A stretch of DNA of 64,000 nt from Neodothiora populina (taxonomy: Eukaryota), in NCBI RefSeq assembly GCF_041146345.1, contig NW_027191404.1, forward strand, positions 2,294,001 to 2,358,000. Direction: 5' to 3'. Positions 61,689 to 64,000 of this stretch are shown here, piece by piece. Within the stretch, counting starts at the first letter, position 1; each line of letters starts with the position of its first letter. The translations under genes and the position numbers were made by a program. Below the pieces are notes generated by a model. The model ran no database searches and was not told the origin of the DNA. It saw only the letters and a list, made by a program, of their open reading frames with translations.

Positions 61689-63047
61689 CTACTTCTTTTT
61701 CGCTGGCGCTTTCGTAAAGAAAGAGCTCAGCTTCTTCATGCCCGAGGTATCGGCTTTCGCGAGCGCCTTGACTCCCCTGGACACATTCTTCTTCGCCTTT
61801 TCCTCCTCCTCCTTTTTCAAGCGCTTGGCTTGTCTTGCTTCTTCTGCCCCTTCATCGTCAAAGCCGCTGCGTTTTCGACTGATGTTGTCCGAGAGTGAGC
61901 GTAGCGCCTGTTGTTCTCTCTTGAGACTCGCGATCTTCTCGAGATGAGCGTCCAGCGGCTGAAAATTAGTTGGAGACTCGGGGGACGACAGAGTGGTGTT
62001 GAGGGTTCGTCGTAGTTCCGCAGGTAGGTATGAGGAGAAGATGAAATTCAATGCTGTCCGTAGGCGCAAGAGACGTATGATCTCTTCAGGCGCAGACGCT
62101 TCTCGAGCCCCAGGGTTCGCCTCGACCGAGGTTGCCTCTGTCAACACAGACACATTCGAGTCCTGGGTCTTGAGTGGCGGGGTAGTCGTGGATTCGGCTG
62201 TGCTTTGACTGTCTAATACCGGCGTTGAAGAGTCATCGTTCTCGGGCTGCCAAGTTTGCATGCTTTCTTCTGTCAAGATAGCCATCATCGGTAGCTTCAG
62301 GGGCTCTTGTACAAAATGTTCTTCCAGTGAAGCAGGCAGTCCGTTCGCTGCCATCCTGTTCGCCTTCTTCTGTAGCTCAGCCAGGAGCTTGTCATGAGAC
62401 AAGCGATACATTTTCTCGTCACCGGCGTCTACGTTGTCGCATACCGCCTGTGCACGGCGCTTAAAGGTACGACGCAACAAGTCCGACCGGATCAGATGCC
62501 TGAGGTGTTTCGAGTTCTCTGCTAGAGCATCGAGATGGTCGTCGATGGACAGGAACAATTGTCGCGTCTCTCCGGCCTTGGGGATCAGGGCTGGCAACAA
62601 CACAAACAGAGGATCAAGGGGTGTTGCAACCAGCAGATTCGCGTCTTGAATCACATATCCCCTGGTCAAGTCGGATTCCGTGGCACCGGTGGTCGTATTT
62701 GCAGGTGGATGTGTTGTGGCTACATCTTCGATCGCGTTGTCAGCGCCGTTTGAATGCTCTTCTGTCCTTGGAGGAGCCAGTAGCCAACTGCTGGGAGACT
62801 GCTTGGGTGTGGCTATCTTCGTGAATTCATAGATGCCTTTCTCGGGACAAAAGAAGTATCTGGATGGTGTTCTGGCTGCAGAATTGGGAAGAGTGATGAT
62901 GCGCGCATCGGGAGAAGTGTTGTCCGGCAGAATGAACAGTGTAGGCGGATTGGAAGTGGACGGCGCGAGGGTCTTGGATTGGTCTTGTGCTTCTTCTGCC
63001 ACTTTATCAGATTTGGTCGCTGCTGTTCTCGTTGTCCTCGTCTTCAT
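61689..63047 (-). CDS. RNH202: Ribonuclease H2 subunit B (Rnh202/Ydr279 family), 452 aa
   Basis: YFFCPEKGIYEF, ATPLDPLFVLLPAL, VDAGDEKMYRL, LPASLEEHFV, LLRLRTAL, and a C-terminal PIP box TSGMKKLSSFF. Confidence 0.85.
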   Translation of the reverse strand: MKTRTTRTAATKSDKVAEEAQDQSKTLAPSTSNPPTLFILPDNTSPDARIITLPNSAARTPSRYFFCPEKGIYEFTKIATPKQSPSSWLLAPPRTEEHSNGADNAIEDVATTHPPANTTTGATESDLTRGYVIQDANLLVATPLDPLFVLLPALIPKAGETRQLFLSIDDHLDALAENSKHLRHLIRSDLLRRTFKRRAQAVCDNVDAGDEKMYRLSHDKLLAELQKKANRMAANGLPASLEEHFVQEPLKLPMMAILTEESMQTWQPENDDSSTPVLDSQSTAESTTTPPLKTQDSNVSVLTEATSVEANPGAREASAPEEIIRLLRLRTALNFIFSSYLPAELRRTLNTTLSSPESPTNFQPLDAHLEKIASLKREQQALRSLSDNISRKRSGFDDEGAEEARQAKRLKKEEEEKAKKNVSRGVKALAKADTSGMKKLSSFFTKAPAKKK

Positions 63048-63134
63048 ATTGAGTCAGCAGGTTTCTGGTCGGATAGTATAGTATAGCTGATATCAGTAAT
63101 CGACTGCTCGAACAAATCAATTACATTTCCCAAA

Positions 63135-63195
63135 GGCGCGATTTGGATACCGGGACGACGCGAAGAAACGCGCCAAGAAGCAGACAACAACGCGA
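63135..63195. promoter_or_regulatory. MCB-like CGCG cluster in the RNH202/MCM10 divergent promoter
   Basis: GGCGCGAT 63135-63142, ACGCGAA 63158-63164, ACGCGC 63168-63173 and ACGCGA 63190-63195. Confidence 0.55.
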
Positions 63196-63458
63196 CAGAC
63201 TCGGCTAAACATTCCCCGAACGGCCGGGGTTTGTTGAGTTTCACAGGCGCATGCAGGGAGTGCAGAGTGCAAGGAGAGATGGAGTAAAGAGTGAGTACGA
63301 CCGTATGCATGAAATAGCTGTTCCTTCAGGTCCTTGTATAGTCTGTTCATTCGTGTTTATTCGCCTTATCCATGTGTCCTGTGTCGCAAGTCTGAGGCCA
63401 GGGAATGACCGAACCCGCCCATGACCAAGTGTATATACTGTAGAGACAGGCAATAATC

Positions 63459-64000
63459 ATGGTCATCGCAAGGGCATCTCCGAATGCCAAAGGTATGTAT
63501 GCATGCATCATTGTTACATTCAGTTAATTTATTCCCACCCGTGCTTCTCCGGATGGGGGCGCTTTTTCGTGGAACAATTGTCCTGACACATGACTCACAG
63601 TCTCGCCTGACAAGAACAATGCCAATTGGCCGCCAAAATCTCCGTATGAAGCTCTGCTAAGCTCTCCGAGTGGACGCAAGAGATGGGAAGAACACCACGA
63701 CAGGTTCTCCCGTCGAGATGCTTCGCCGTCCCCTCGTGGCAAACCAGTCACTACTTCAAGGGCATTGCAAGCTCTGCAGAACATGTCCGATGATGAGGAT
63801 GGTCGTAACAGAGCTGCCGATGACGATGAAGACGACAACGACGATGATGAGGACGAGGAGATGCTGCGTCTCAAGTTGCAGGCGATCGAGGCCAAGTTGA
63901 AGTTGAAGAAGTTACAAAACAAAAGAAAACAGTCCAGCGCATCCAATGATCACAATAACGATGTCTCATCTTCCTCGCTGCCTGCATCTCCAAGAAAGAG
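63459..64000 (+). CDS. MCM10: Minichromosome maintenance protein 10, 5' partial; exon 1 63459-63492, intron 63493-63600, exon 2 runs off the window
   Basis: MVIARASPNAKVSPDKNNANWPPKSPYEALLSSPSGRKRW...DEDEEMLRLKLQAIEAKLKLKKLQ matches the fungal Mcm10 N-terminus as I recall it. It is not in the ORF track. Confidence 0.75.

Noticed and set aside
63004..63012. Canonical SreA site ATCTGATAA (- strand)
   Set aside because: A single copy inside the RNH202 coding sequence, probably chance.

Overview
This is intron-containing filamentous-ascomycete nuclear DNA (GT..AG introns with CTAAC/CTGAC branch sites). Pezizomycotina is likely; the black-yeast order Chaetothyriales is only a guess. It holds about 22 protein genes and one intron-containing tRNA-Lys(CTT). 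The centrepiece is a ferrichrome/ferricrocin-type siderophore cluster at 24.6-48.3 kb. It comprises a ~4,920-aa NRPS (A-T-C-A-T-C-T-C-A-T-C-T-C-T-C), a divergently transcribed full-length ABCB/MDR transporter, and an L-ornithine N5-monooxygenase (sidA). The cluster's intergenic DNA carries seven copies of a variant SreA-like GATA motif, ATCWGATTA, four of them extended to ATCWGATTAGAT. Left of the cluster lie two small hydrophilin/LEA-like genes, RER1, peroxisomal malate synthase (four FarA-type CCTCGG sites upstream), NST1, rho2 (6-nt microexon), MRPL28, phosphoacetylglucosamine mutase and a formate/nitrite transporter. Right of it lie TOF1, a hypothetical gene, TFB2, a 9-exon PaaI thioesterase, a TTL-domain gene, RNH202 and the 5' part of MCM10, with MCB-like elements ahead of the replication genes. 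I saw no mobile element, rRNA or CRISPR array. All exon models were assembled by hand and family calls rest on recognised motifs, not database searches.
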